A stretch of DNA of 64,000 nt, from assembly GCA_965261395.1 (NCBI GenBank), contig OZ253462.1, positions 2,112,001 through 2,176,000 of the forward strand. Reading direction: 5' to 3'. This DNA is from Candidatus Latescibacterota bacterium (GTDB taxonomy: Bacteria > Latescibacterota > UBA2968 > UBA8231). Numbering within the stretch: the first letter of the stretch is position 1; every line of letters starts with the position of its first letter. This document shows, piece after piece, positions 17,850 to 28,379 of this stretch. The translations under genes were made by a program, and so were the position numbers. The notes under the pieces are model-generated. The model ran no database searches, was not told the DNA's origin, and worked only from the letters and a program-made list of their open reading frames with translations.

Positions 17850-18962
17850 ATGGTATTGAAGATTCTGCATACTGCGGATCTGCATTTGGGACTGAAATTT
17901 GCAGGCTATCCCGATGTTCAAAACGAACTCACTGAGGCGAGGTTTGAGGTGCTGGAAGGCTTGGTCGACCGAGCCAACTCAGAACTGTGTGACCTTTTCA
18001 TTTTGGCTGGTGACGTTTTTGATCGGGTAACAGTTGCCAAACAAGATGTTAGAAGGTGTGTTAATATCTTGAATGAATGCAATGGCCTGGTGATCTTGCT
18101 GCCAGGCAACCACGACTATACGTCCAGTCAAAGTGCCTTATGGGACTACGTTGTTGAACATGGTGGTGATCGGCTGCGTGTATTGAAGAAAAATGAGCCC
18201 GTTCGCTTGCATCACTATGATTTGGATGTTGTGCTCTATCCCGGTCCTTGCACTGCCAAGCATTCTTCTGAGAATGCTATCGATTGGGTCAAAACGATCC
18301 ATAAGGATCAGAGCACCAAATACCATATCGGAATTGCTCACGGGAATATTGAGGGACTTGGTCTTGATGAACGGCGGAATTACTACCCGATGACCCGTGC
18401 AGAACTCCTTGAATGCGAAGTCGATCTGTGGCTGCTTGGTCACGTCCACGTTCCATTCCCTGCTAAATCCGGTTCCAGCGAACGGATATATTATTCTGGT
18501 ACGCCTGAACCGGATGGGTTCGATTGCCGCCATTGTGGATGCGCCTGGATTATTGAGCTTGATAACAATAAGGCAATCAATGCACGGCAGATTTTCCCAG
18601 GAAAGTTTCGGTTTACACACGATGAGTTTGACGTGAGAACGTCGGCGGAGATAGAGCGATTGATGAAATATTACACAGAGACGGACCGGACAAATCTGCT
18701 GGTAAAATTGAAGCTGACCGGACGATTGCCCAGAGAAACTTATGCAGAATTGGATTCTGTGAAATCTGTTATAAGGGAGCATGTCTTTTATCTTCAGTGG
18801 GATGGCAGCGATGTGGCTATAGAGATTACTCCCGATGTCATTGACCGGGAGTTTACTCAGGACTCTTTTCCCCACAGGTTTTTAACGGAGCTTGCTCGCA
18901 GCGACGAGGACGTAGAGGCACTACAGATCGGTTATGAGATGATTCAGGAGGTGAAAGAATGA
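17850..18962 (+). CDS. Mre11/SbcD-like (YhaO-type) metallophosphoesterase nuclease
   Basis: HTADLHLG, AGDVFD, PGNHD, AHG, LGHVH, YSGTPE. Confidence 0.92.
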   Translation: MVLKILHTADLHLGLKFAGYPDVQNELTEARFEVLEGLVDRANSELCDLFILAGDVFDRVTVAKQDVRRCVNILNECNGLVILLPGNHDYTSSQSALWDYVVEHGGDRLRVLKKNEPVRLHHYDLDVVLYPGPCTAKHSSENAIDWVKTIHKDQSTKYHIGIAHGNIEGLGLDERRNYYPMTRAELLECEVDLWLLGHVHVPFPAKSGSSERIYYSGTPEPDGFDCRHCGCAWIIELDNNKAINARQIFPGKFRFTHDEFDVRTSAEIERLMKYYTETDRTNLLVKLKLTGRLPRETYAELDSVKSVIREHVFYLQWDGSDVAIEITPDVIDREFTQDSFPHRFLTELARSDEDVEALQIGYEMIQEVKE

Positions 18963-21373
18963 TACTCAAAAGCATAGCTCTCACTCCTTTTGGCGGGCTG
19001 ACGGATGCACTGCTCGATTTTAAGCCTGGACTCAATGTCATTCATGGACCGAATGAAGCAGGAAAATCAACGATTTTTAATGCGCTTCAACGGGTACTTT
19101 TTACACCAGCGCGTCTAACCCCTTTCGCGTTTAAAAGGGAGATGGAATCCTTCTTGCCGTTAGAAGGCGGGGATACCATCGCCGTGTCTCTATGTCTGAA
19201 TCTAAACGGAGATACGTATGCTCTCAAGAGAACCTGGGGCGCTACAAAGTCTGCGGAATTTACGTTGCCAGGAGGTTCCCTTATTACAGACGAAGATGCG
19301 ATCCAAAAACGTCTGATATCGCTGCTGCCAGCTAAAGAAGGGACGTTCAAAACAGTGCTGATGACGTACCAATCTGGACTGCCCAAAACGATTGAGGAAT
19401 TGGGGGCAGAACCTATTCAGACCCTTAGTACAATCCTCCGAAGGGCTGTTTTCGAGACGGATGGTGTCTCAGTAGATCAGTTCAAGCAGAATATCGAATC
19501 CGAATACACTACATACTACAGTCGGTGGGATCGTGAACGCGGATGCCCTGAAAGTGATCAGCGTTATGAAAGAGGTGTCGGCAAGATCCTCCAGGCCTAT
19601 TACGATCTGGAAGATAAACAGATGGCTTTGAAGGAAGCCGGGGACTACGAGGCTGAACTAGACGAAATCAACGGTGAGATCAATACTTGTATTGACACGA
19701 TTGAAACCATCGAAGCCTATATCGAAGAAAATGAGAGGGTCGTAGAGGATGCACGCCAGCGCCAGTCATTGAATGACAGACTGGATGCCATTGACGTCCG
19801 TATGGAAAGACTCCAAAAAGACAACAGAGATTGGCCTGTCGCTGAAAGCGAAATGGACCGGATTGAGGCATTGTTGCCTGGGCTCAAGAAAAAAGAGAAC
19901 GCGCTGGCTTTGGAACAAGAAATGGCCATAAAAAAGGAAGTGAGAAATCAATTACGAAGACAATTCGAGCAGGTTGAGAAGAGGCGGCAAGAACTTGAGG
20001 ATGCGGAGCAGATGGCTCAACAAACTCCGAAACTCACAGACAATGATCTGGAAGAGTTGCGAAAAACAGGCGCGAAACTCAACGAGCTTAAGGCAAGCGT
20101 AACTGCGAGCAAACTCTCTGTCCGTTTGCTGGCGAAAAATGCCCTTTCCTTTTTTGTTCAAGAAGGCCTTTCTGAACCACAGTCCCAAGAAATAGCATCT
20201 GGGGGTCATATCTCTTACGATGAAGGAAGCAGAGTAAAGATTAACCATCAGGACTGGGAGATAGACATTTCATCTGGTGAGAGCAATTTTGATGTACTTG
20301 TGCAGGAGTTTGAGGAAACCAATCTGCATCTCACCGCTCTGCTTGAACAACACGATGTTGAGAATCTAAACGAAGCGATTGGCGTCAACAAGGACTATAC
20401 GGCGGGTCTTCAAAGCGTCAATTCTGCAAAGAACAATCTGATAGCGGCGTTGGCTGGAGAGACCTATGAAGAACTCAAAGCGAAAGTTGTAGAGATTGGT
20501 ACAACGGAAGATTCCCGTGATTTAGATAGCATTCTGGAAGATCTGCATAATGTGAGGGATGAGATAAGTGGACATAAACGCTCCTTAGAACAGAACCAGG
20601 AACGAATCCAGGAACTGATTGATACCTACGGCAGTTCGAACCAATTGCTATTGAAACTTGCCGAAGAGGTAAAGAACGAGAAGGAAACACAGGAAAAGAT
20701 CGAAAATCTTGTCCCGCTACCCGATGGTGTTGAAGATATTGATTCTTTCATCGAAATGTACGAAGAGAAGCAGGCCGAGTTGATGGAAACGAATGATAGT
20801 AAGAGGGACCTGTTAATTCAGCGTGCGAATGTAGAGAAAAACCAACCAGAATTATCTGCCGAAGAATTGAACAACCTGCTTGTAGAATTGACCGAAAATT
20901 TCAAGAGAATAAATAAACGAGGCGAAGCCGTCGCACGGATAAAAGACCTGACAGATCGGCTGATGGAGGAGATGGATTCAAATACCTATAAAGGACTGAC
21001 AGGCGATCTGGAGCGATATGTGGTGTCGATGACAGAGAACCGGTATGACCGAATCGATATGGAGGAGAGTCTTCCTCGGGGATTTGTTCGACAAGATGGT
21101 GTGACATTACCATACGATCTGTTATCCGCCGGGACGAGGGATGTTCTGGCCCTATCGCTTCGCCTTGCTATGGCCAACCACTTTTTGATGGATGCAAATG
21201 GTATGCTTATGCTCGACGACCCGCTTGTGGATCTGGATCCTCGGCGACAGGAAAAGGCGGCTGAGGCCTTTAGAGATTTCGCAGAACAGAAGCAGGTGAT
21301 TATCTTTACATGCCACCCTCACCATGCGGAACTTCTGGGTGGTAACCGGATCGAGCTTAAAGAGAATAGTTGA
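18959..21373 (+). CDS. Rad50/SbcC-like (YhaN-type) coiled-coil ATPase
   Basis: Walker A GPNEAGKST, long coiled coil, signature LSAGTRD, Walker B LMLDDP, FTCH. ATGA overlap with the nuclease gene. Confidence 0.92.
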   Translation: MILKSIALTPFGGLTDALLDFKPGLNVIHGPNEAGKSTIFNALQRVLFTPARLTPFAFKREMESFLPLEGGDTIAVSLCLNLNGDTYALKRTWGATKSAEFTLPGGSLITDEDAIQKRLISLLPAKEGTFKTVLMTYQSGLPKTIEELGAEPIQTLSTILRRAVFETDGVSVDQFKQNIESEYTTYYSRWDRERGCPESDQRYERGVGKILQAYYDLEDKQMALKEAGDYEAELDEINGEINTCIDTIETIEAYIEENERVVEDARQRQSLNDRLDAIDVRMERLQKDNRDWPVAESEMDRIEALLPGLKKKENALALEQEMAIKKEVRNQLRRQFEQVEKRRQELEDAEQMAQQTPKLTDNDLEELRKTGAKLNELKASVTASKLSVRLLAKNALSFFVQEGLSEPQSQEIASGGHISYDEGSRVKINHQDWEIDISSGESNFDVLVQEFEETNLHLTALLEQHDVENLNEAIGVNKDYTAGLQSVNSAKNNLIAALAGETYEELKAKVVEIGTTEDSRDLDSILEDLHNVRDEISGHKRSLEQNQERIQELIDTYGSSNQLLLKLAEEVKNEKETQEKIENLVPLPDGVEDIDSFIEMYEEKQAELMETNDSKRDLLIQRANVEKNQPELSAEELNNLLVELTENFKRINKRGEAVARIKDLTDRLMEEMDSNTYKGLTGDLERYVVSMTENRYDRIDMEESLPRGFVRQDGVTLPYDLLSAGTRDVLALSLRLAMANHFLMDANGMLMLDDPLVDLDPRRQEKAAEAFRDFAEQKQVIIFTCHPHHAELLGGNRIELKENS

Positions 21374-21556
21374 CGTTTCTATCACAAGAGAGCCCGAGAT
21401 GGACAGAGGACACGACAAAACCGTGCTTGTGTCCTTCAAAGTTATCGAAGGAGGAGATCGAAATGAGTTTTGGGTCCTCTGTTTACGGACGAGGCCGGCG
21501 ACGGTGAATGGATGGCGAATGGACGTTTAACGGCAGGGCAAAGCGCCCGTTGCCAC

Positions 21557-22600
21557 TCAATATGAGAACGACATCCGCAGCGGCGCCGTCCTTTCCGCCT
21601 TGTCGTACCACCCCTGAGGTGCATAGTCGCTCATATGGAGGTAGCACCTGATATTGACCTCCGCCGCCCCTTCCGAAAACGTCAACAACCGGCTCATCGA
21701 AATATTCCTGCTGCCGTGATATCTCGAAATTGCCGCCACATTGACGAAGGTCACCCCCCACTTCCGCTCCACATGAGACCGCCCGCCGTGTGCATCATCC
21801 GGATTCGTATGGGTATGTCCCCCCAGCCAGAGATCGACCGCGCCCGGATTCGCCTCCAAATAAGACTCGAATGCCCCCGCATCCGGTTCTCCCCCCACGA
21901 AATAGAGATACGATGCCCCGATGGGTGCCCCGTCTTCAAAGCGGCCATGGTAGCCTCCGTCAACCCCCTCCCAGGGGCCAGACGCCACGGTCGTGTCCCT
22001 CAACATATGGTGGTGGGCCGTTACAATGATCCTGTCCTGGTTTTCTTCGACCTTTTCTTTCCACCACTCGAACGTCTCCCGCGTCACCGCGCCTGAGGGA
22101 TATCCGCCTCTCTCGCCCCGCCCAACCGGAGGCCCGCCGTCGTTGCGGTCACCCATCGCCAGAAACAGGATATTCCCCACCTGAAACGAATACCGCTCCC
22201 AGGTCCCCTCGACCGGATAGGGGCGCCGGTCGGCGTGAACGCCGGAATACTCGGAATTCTCCCCGGTGGGATCCACCCACTTCCGGAACCACCACTGGCA
22301 CGGCTCGTCAGGGCCGCTGGCGTCGTGGTTGCCCACAATATTATAGAAATCTTCCCGGGGATGTATGGTCGACGCGCTGTACTGCCGCACCACCTCTTCC
22401 CCTTCCTCGTCATCCGGCGGTGTCTGCGACCCGGACAGGTCCCCGATGTCCAGCATAATATCCCACTCGAACGGTGGACCGCCATCGGCGCCGCCCCATT
22501 CGGCCTGCAGGATCGCATCCGCAAGACTACGGCGATTGGCACGCGCCAGATCCGTGCCCACGTGCGCATCCCCGCCCGCCCACAGCTTGAACGTTCTCAT
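21557..22600 (-). CDS. Calcineurin-like metallophosphoesterase
   Basis: GDAHVG, IGDLS, VGNHD, AHHH, GGHTH. Confidence 0.85.
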   Translation of the reverse strand: MRTFKLWAGGDAHVGTDLARANRRSLADAILQAEWGGADGGPPFEWDIMLDIGDLSGSQTPPDDEEGEEVVRQYSASTIHPREDFYNIVGNHDASGPDEPCQWWFRKWVDPTGENSEYSGVHADRRPYPVEGTWERYSFQVGNILFLAMGDRNDGGPPVGRGERGGYPSGAVTRETFEWWKEKVEENQDRIIVTAHHHMLRDTTVASGPWEGVDGGYHGRFEDGAPIGASYLYFVGGEPDAGAFESYLEANPGAVDLWLGGHTHTNPDDAHGGRSHVERKWGVTFVNVAAISRYHGSRNISMSRLLTFSEGAAEVNIRCYLHMSDYAPQGWYDKAERTAPLRMSFSY

Positions 22601-22624
22601 TTTTACGACGCACCTCACTTACAT

Positions 22625-22668
22625 CAAGAGCTAGGTTCGGCTCCAATAAGCGCTGTCGATATAGGGTT
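22625..22668 (-). repeat. Degenerate copy of the 3' end of the ABC substrate-binding gene (23281-23325)
   Basis: CAAGAGCTAGGTTCGGCTCCAATAAGCGCTGTCGATATAGGGTT vs CAAGAGCCAAGTGCGGCTCCAGTAAGCGCTGTTGATATAGGGGTT. Confidence 0.8.
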
Positions 22669-22915
22669 AGAAAATGCCCCCGCCTAGCGCGAGGCGTATG
22701 ATGCCAAAAAACAGGGCCACAATGCAGCATACCAAGCCAGCGATACCGCTGCTTTTGGAGCTGTTGCCCGCCGTAGCCAGCGCGATGCCGCTGACGATGA
22801 TGCCGACGCCTGCAAAAGGTATATTGAGCCAGTTTAGCGAGCCGAGACACGGGAAAAACCCCACGACCATTCCAACAATAGCCAGAATTCCCCAAAGCAA
22901 ACTAAGCACCTGCAT
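22667..22915 (-). CDS. Small Gly-rich membrane protein (about 3 TM)
   Basis: Hydrophobic 82 aa; AAAAGGAG RBS. Confidence 0.75.
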   Translation of the reverse strand: MQVLSLLWGILAIVGMVVGFFPCLGSLNWLNIPFAGVGIIVSGIALATAGNSSKSSGIAGLVCCIVALFFGIIRLALGGGIF

Positions 22916-23237
22916 GATGGTATCTCCTTTTGTGCATTCGACGCAGCAAGAACAAGGCGACCACTAGCTGATTGGCGAGCAAAACTCCATAAAAGGCGAC
23001 CGCCCCTCGATTGTAGATAAGGGCCGCGGCGAAGTCGCCACGTGCAAGAGCTGCGAATGCGCGCGTCATGCCGCACAAAGCGCACGTTTCCCCGCTGCGC
23101 TGCGGCACCTTAAAAGCCTCGCTTAGAGAAAAAAGCGTTTGCTCCGACACAAGATAGGGCGTGATCAATATGAAAAGCAGCATAGCTGAAGCCACCAACC
23201 ACGCTGCCGTAAGGGTCCTCCTATCATGGCGATCCAT
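22902..23237 (-). CDS. DUF2752-like membrane protein
   Basis: CALCGMTRAFAALARGDFAAALIYN. Confidence 0.75.
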   Translation of the reverse strand: MDRHDRRTLTAAWLVASAMLLFILITPYLVSEQTLFSLSEAFKVPQRSGETCALCGMTRAFAALARGDFAAALIYNRGAVAFYGVLLANQLVVALFLLRRMHKRRYHHAGA

Positions 23238-23250
23238 TGCGCCGGTTCCT

Positions 23251-24984
23251 TCACACCTGCGGTCGCAAGTTCAGCAGCACCAAGAGCCAAGTGCGGCTCC
23301 AGTAAGCGCTGTTGATATAGGGGTTTTCTGCGCTGGGCCAGTTGGTCCAATAGGTCTCGTTGTGCGGGATGCGGTGCGGCCATTGGACGATGGGAATGGA
23401 GGGCAGCTCGGCCAGCCAGAGGTCCATGGCCTCTCGATAGAGTTCGTCCATCTCTGGAGCGTCGGTCGGGGTCTGGCCCATCTGGTCGATCAGCGCGTCG
23501 TAGGCCGGGTTTTGCCAGCGCCAAGGCATGTCGGCCGGCTCGCCGGTGGGCTGGACAAAGCGGCTGTGGTACTGGCGCAGCACAAAATAGGGGTCGCGCA
23601 TGGAGCTGAAGTTGCCGATCAGGTACGCGCGGGCCGTGCCTTGGCGCAGGCGCGTGGAGAAGTCTGAGGTCATGCGGAAAGAGGCGTTGATGCCGGCCTT
23701 TTTGAGCTGGGCGATGAGCACTGGCGTCAGGTCCTGAAAGTGGGAGAAGATGTCGATGACCATGCTTAGGGGCTGCCCGTCCTTTTCCCAGAAGACCCCG
23801 TTGCGTACATAGCCTTTGCGGGCGAGTATCTCCGCGCTCTTTTCCAAGTCGAAGACGCCGACTTGGTGCTTGGCGACCAAGTCCTCGGCGAGGGTAAAAT
23901 ACCGCTGCATCTGGGGGAGGTCGGGCAAGGGCAGCAGCGTCCACGAACCTGAGTTTTGCCAACCTATGGCCACGAGCTGTTCGCGGTCGATGGCATAGTT
24001 GACCGCGCGGCGCATCTCCGGGTCGGACCAAGGGGTCTCCAGCCCATTGAACCCCAGCGAGATGGGCCACCAAGTGATGTAGCTGTACGGCGGCTCGCGG
24101 CCGGTCCAAGTAGTGATGTTGCGATTGCGCTCCAATAGGGAGATCATGTTGGCCGGACGCAGCTCTAAGCAGGTGTCGATGTTGTTGGCGATCAGATTTT
24201 GGACGCGCTTGTGCTCCTCCATATAAGTCAGGTAGATCAGCCGCTCGACCTGGGGCAGTTCCTGAAAACCAAGTTTCTCAGCCCACCAGCCCTCGCGCAG
24301 ATCCCAGATCCGTTGGGCCGGCTCCGAGCGCGCAATGCGATAGGGACCGGTCAGAACCGGCCGGCCTTTTTGCAGGTCGAAGTTGGCAAAAGTCAGCGGG
24401 TCTTTGTCCTCCCAGATGTGCTTGGGTACGATGGGGCATCCTTGGTCGCCGCTGTGGACGAAATAGCTGAAGAGAAAGCGCGGATTGGGTGCCTTGAGTG
24501 TAACGCGCGCCGTCAGACTGTCGAGGGCGACCGCCTCTTCGACCCAAGTCGCCATATCCGTCGAGTACACGAGCTGTGGGGCGTGCTCCACGAGCATGTT
24601 GATGGTAAAGGCAAAGTCGTGCGCCGACCAAGGATGCCCGTCGCTCCACTCGACGCCCGGACGAATTTTGACCACGAGTTCGGTGTAATCCTCATTGAAA
24701 TGGTGACTCTCGGCGATCCAGGGTATTAGCTCAGAATCTTCCTCATAGGCGTTGAAGAAATAGAGCGGCTCGTAGAGAAAATTGAAGCCTATCCGCGAGA
24801 TGCTGCCCGGGATGAAGGGGTTGAAGGAGTTGTAATCTTGGATCTGGCCGGAGCAGGAGTTGGCCTCGGCGCAGTCCATGATCAAGGTCCGATTGCGCGG
24901 CACCTTTTTGAGAACATATCCGCCCTCGTCGCCGCTACAGGCGATGAAAGATAAGCCAGCTAGAAGCAGAATATAAATAGGCAT
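23251..24984 (-). CDS. ABC transporter substrate-binding lipoprotein, family 5
   Basis: Lipobox FIAC; IRPGVEWSDGHPWSAHDFAFT; TGPY; MRRAVNYAIDRE. Confidence 0.92.
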   Translation of the reverse strand: MPIYILLLAGLSFIACSGDEGGYVLKKVPRNRTLIMDCAEANSCSGQIQDYNSFNPFIPGSISRIGFNFLYEPLYFFNAYEEDSELIPWIAESHHFNEDYTELVVKIRPGVEWSDGHPWSAHDFAFTINMLVEHAPQLVYSTDMATWVEEAVALDSLTARVTLKAPNPRFLFSYFVHSGDQGCPIVPKHIWEDKDPLTFANFDLQKGRPVLTGPYRIARSEPAQRIWDLREGWWAEKLGFQELPQVERLIYLTYMEEHKRVQNLIANNIDTCLELRPANMISLLERNRNITTWTGREPPYSYITWWPISLGFNGLETPWSDPEMRRAVNYAIDREQLVAIGWQNSGSWTLLPLPDLPQMQRYFTLAEDLVAKHQVGVFDLEKSAEILARKGYVRNGVFWEKDGQPLSMVIDIFSHFQDLTPVLIAQLKKAGINASFRMTSDFSTRLRQGTARAYLIGNFSSMRDPYFVLRQYHSRFVQPTGEPADMPWRWQNPAYDALIDQMGQTPTDAPEMDELYREAMDLWLAELPSIPIVQWPHRIPHNETYWTNWPSAENPYINSAYWSRTWLLVLLNLRPQV

Positions 24985-24997
24985 CGACTACTCTCTT

Positions 24998-25786
24998 TTA
25001 GTCCCGTTGCAAGGCGCAAGCGCGGCTTTGGGCCAGCGCGGCCACAGGGTCGGGGAGTTGGGGGCTGAGCTCAATGCTCGCTGGGCCGGCGTACGGGCTT
25101 TGGGCGAGGGCGGCGAAAGTCGCGGCTAGCGCCTCTTCGGTCAGCACGCCCTCTAGTAGGGGCCAATGCAGGTCGGCCTCCCCGTCGTTGTCATCTAGAT
25201 GCACGTACCCGAGCCGGTCTCCGGCGGCGGCTATGACCGCGGCCGGGTCTTCCTTGGACATCTGTAGGTGGCCGGTGTCGAGGAGCAAGTAGAGGTTGGG
25301 GTGGTTTAGGCGGGACAGATATTCCAAAGTCCCGGCAGCCGTCGGCAGCGCCTTGCCGGGGAAGTGCTCAACCCCGACGCGGATCGCGCGCTCGGCCGCG
25401 CAGTCAGCCACTTGTCCCAAGGCCTCACCAAACTGTGATAGAGCGGCTGGATCAACCCCCGGGACTACATACGCGGTGTCGGCACCGAGGGCGGCGGCGT
25501 GGTCTAGGGCCTCTCGGCAGTGGTCGAGGGCGGCTTGTCGAGCGGCGGCTGTCGCGCCGTCGAGAGCCGCGCCGTCTTCCATGTTAAAACACAGCGCGAG
25601 GCAGGAGACCGACAGGCCGAGGTCGTCGATGCGCGCTCGCGACGCTGGGCCGACAAAAGTCTTCGCCTGCACGTCAATGGAGCAAAAACCGATAGCGGCC
25701 AGCGCGGTGAGGGCGTCTTCTTCCGAGCCGGTCAAGGCCCAGGCGCAGCAGGATAGATTCACGATTTGTTCCTTATCTTCTATCAA
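24998..25786 (-). CDS. Sugar phosphate isomerase/epimerase (xylose isomerase-like TIM barrel)
   Basis: VEH, LDTGH, YVHLDDND...H, SIEL metal ligands. Confidence 0.85.
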   Translation of the reverse strand: MIEDKEQIVNLSCCAWALTGSEEDALTALAAIGFCSIDVQAKTFVGPASRARIDDLGLSVSCLALCFNMEDGAALDGATAAARQAALDHCREALDHAAALGADTAYVVPGVDPAALSQFGEALGQVADCAAERAIRVGVEHFPGKALPTAAGTLEYLSRLNHPNLYLLLDTGHLQMSKEDPAAVIAAAGDRLGYVHLDDNDGEADLHWPLLEGVLTEEALAATFAALAQSPYAGPASIELSPQLPDPVAALAQSRACALQRD

Positions 25787-26607
25787 GCGGACAGCTCGCC
25801 GTAGCAGACGCGGCGGCTTGCCTCGATTTTGGCAAAACCGAGGCGGGCGAGTGAGCGGCCGGGCTGGCGATCCTTCATCACCACTCGGCGGCGGGCGACG
25901 CGGCGGGCCTCGCGCAGATCCGCGGGAGACGGACCACCCACCCAGGCCAAGCAGCGGACCAAATCTAGGCCCTGAGCGTCGGCAATAGTTTCGCTAAACA
26001 TCGGGTCGAAGTAAATGACATCCCAAGCGTTGTCAGCTTCGAGGCGCAGATAGTCGGCATAGTCGGCGTTTAGGACTTCGACGCGGCGCATGGCGGGGGC
26101 GAGATCGGGCGGGTCGTCGAGCAAATAGAAGGGCATGCCACGCTCGACCAGCAGGGCCAAGAGCGGCGAGGCTTCGAGGGTGCGGACGCGACCTGCCTCG
26201 CCGACTGTACAAGAGGCAACGATGGCGTCCGCACCCAGACCGCAGGTACAGTCGAGGACGCGGTCGCCTAATTTGAGTTGTAAGGCGTCAACCAAAATGT
26301 CGTGCTTGCCTTGTCCCAAGGCGAGTATCCGCAATTTGGCCATGTTGGGATGGTAGCGGAGGCACTGTCCGGCGACCCAGAGGGCGAGATTACCGCGCTC
26401 GACGACGATCAGGCCCGCGAGCGCCTCGGCGGCGGCAATTCCAGAGAGCGAGCGGCGGGCGCGGGGTACATAGAGGTAGCCGGTTTCGGCGGCAATGCAG
26501 TGTGCATTCGCAAGCTCCCGAGGGCCGGGGCGCGAAATGGTGGTTATGGCGAAGGCGGGTGCCTCGAGTCGCGACCGGGTGTTGGGCGCGAGCTGTGATT
26601 GTGCCAT
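25783..26607 (-). CDS. Class I SAM methyltransferase (RsmJ-like)
   Basis: VLDCTCGLGADA, DVIYFDPMF, RRVVMK. Confidence 0.85.
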   Translation of the reverse strand: MAQSQLAPNTRSRLEAPAFAITTISRPGPRELANAHCIAAETGYLYVPRARRSLSGIAAAEALAGLIVVERGNLALWVAGQCLRYHPNMAKLRILALGQGKHDILVDALQLKLGDRVLDCTCGLGADAIVASCTVGEAGRVRTLEASPLLALLVERGMPFYLLDDPPDLAPAMRRVEVLNADYADYLRLEADNAWDVIYFDPMFSETIADAQGLDLVRCLAWVGGPSPADLREARRVARRRVVMKDRQPGRSLARLGFAKIEASRRVCYGELSA

Positions 26608-26728
26608 GGTGGCTTGGGTAGTTTATTGGGCCTAGGTGTCGGCTAATAGAATGGATTAGCAAAGTAAAAATAACTGGGTCGGTAGGGCAATCCGCCGCAT
26701 TCGACCTATGGAGGAATAGGCGGCGTGG

Positions 26729-26860
26729 CAGCGGCATGAGATCAAAAAGGCGCAGGTGATCGCGCGCAACGAGCATATGGGGGAAGGTGCGCCTGCACTG
26801 TGGGAATTTGCGCGGGAGTTGATCGACGCAGCGGTGGCAAAGGGGATTTTGGCCGAATAG
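26729..26860 (+). pseudogene. C-terminal remnant of an HD-domain hydrolase
   Basis: AWQRHEIKKAQVIARNEHMGEGAPALWEFARELIDAAVAKGILAE* with no N-terminus. Confidence 0.5.
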
Positions 26861-26861
26861 C

Positions 26862-28199
26862 TCAGGTGGGAACGAAGCGATCTAGCCGCCAGCGCTTGGC
26901 CCAAGTCTTTTCCAAGCGCACGCACAAGCAGACGTCGTTGCCTGTGTAGGTCTCTGCGAGAATCTGGCCTTGCTGGTGTAAATGGGCCAAAAGCCGGCCT
27001 TCGGCTTGGGGAATCTGCAGCTCCAAGGTGATATCTCCAGCGACGCTGTACGCGCGGATTTTGTCGCGCAACGCGTCGAGGTTAATCGCTTGGCTGGCCG
27101 AGATGGCGATGGCGTCTTCGCGGGTCGCGTACGCGGCCACGATCCGCTCTTCTTCGCCGGGGACTACTTGGTCGATTTTGTTGTACACCATCAGGGTGGG
27201 GCTGTCCGCAAGCCCGAGGCTGTGGAGGACTTGCTCGACCGTAGCAATCTGCGACTCGTAGTACGGAAAGCTCAAGTCGATCACGTGGAGCAACAAGTCG
27301 GCCTCCACGGCCTCTTCGAGCGTGGCGCGGAAAGAGGCGAATAGGTGGTGGGGCAGGCGGTTGATGAAACCGACTGTGTCGGTGAGCAGGATCTTGTGGT
27401 TGCGGTCGAGGTCAACGGCGCGGGTAGTCGAGTCCAAGGTGGCAAAGAGCTGGTCCTCGACTAGGACCTCCGCGCCGGAAAGCGCCTTCATCAGAGTGGA
27501 CTTGCCAGCGTTGGTATAACCCACGAGGGCCACCTTAAAAACATCTGAGCGATTTTTGCGATTGGTCGCCATCTGCACGCCGATCTTGTCGAGCTTGGCC
27601 TCTAGGGAGTTGATCTGACGGCGAATCAGGCGGCGGTCGATTTCCAATTGGGTTTCGCCCGGGCCGCGGACGCCGGCTGCCCCCATGCCGCGGATGGCCC
27701 CGCCGCCAGCTTGGCGCGAGAGGTGGGTCCAGTAGCGGGTCAGGCGTGGCAAGAGGTAGTTGAGCTGGGCTAGCTCGACTTGGAGTTGGGCCGTACGGGT
27801 GCGAGCGTGGCGCGCGAAGATGTCCAAGATCACGGCGCTGCGGTCGATAATGCGGCGTTTGGTAACGCGCTCCAAGTTGCGCATCTGGGCCGACGAGAGG
27901 TCGTTGTCAAAAACGATCACGTCGGCTTGGCACTCGGCCGCGAGCTGCTTGAGGGAGGCGGCCTTGCCCTTGCCGACGTAGTGGGCCGAGTCGATGCGGT
28001 CGCGCGCTTGGATCTGGCGTGCGGCTTCGACGAGGCCAGCGGTGGCGACTAAGCGGCCGAGTTCGTCGAGGGAGTGCTCGGTCTCCCAAGCAGGCATCTG
28101 GGGCAGGGCGACGCCGACGAGGATGGCGCGTTCTTGGTGCAGCGTGTGATTTGCTTCCATTCGGCTTCTTTGGATTTGATTGTGTAGCGTATCAAACAC
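26862..28199 (-). CDS. hflX: Ribosome-splitting GTPase HflX
   Basis: ILDIFARHART, QVELAQL.Y.LPRL, GPGETQLE.DRR, GYTNAGKST, DTVGFI, NKID. Confidence 0.97.
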   Translation of the reverse strand: MFDTLHNQIQRSRMEANHTLHQERAILVGVALPQMPAWETEHSLDELGRLVATAGLVEAARQIQARDRIDSAHYVGKGKAASLKQLAAECQADVIVFDNDLSSAQMRNLERVTKRRIIDRSAVILDIFARHARTRTAQLQVELAQLNYLLPRLTRYWTHLSRQAGGGAIRGMGAAGVRGPGETQLEIDRRLIRRQINSLEAKLDKIGVQMATNRKNRSDVFKVALVGYTNAGKSTLMKALSGAEVLVEDQLFATLDSTTRAVDLDRNHKILLTDTVGFINRLPHHLFASFRATLEEAVEADLLLHVIDLSFPYYESQIATVEQVLHSLGLADSPTLMVYNKIDQVVPGEEERIVAAYATREDAIAISASQAINLDALRDKIRAYSVAGDITLELQIPQAEGRLLAHLHQQGQILAETYTGNDVCLCVRLEKTWAKRWRLDRFVPT

Positions 28200-28379
28200 A
28201 TATAAAACGCATCACTTTGTCAACACCGCAAAGTCGATTTTGCGCCTCCAATGCGCGGGCGAGCTGCGACTTTTTGAAAAATTAAACCTGTGGCATTAGC
28301 TTTGCTTTACAAACGTTTGCTTATTACCGGGATACGAGCCGTCTCTTAGGGCCTACTCTGCTAGACAAAAATAGGTCGG

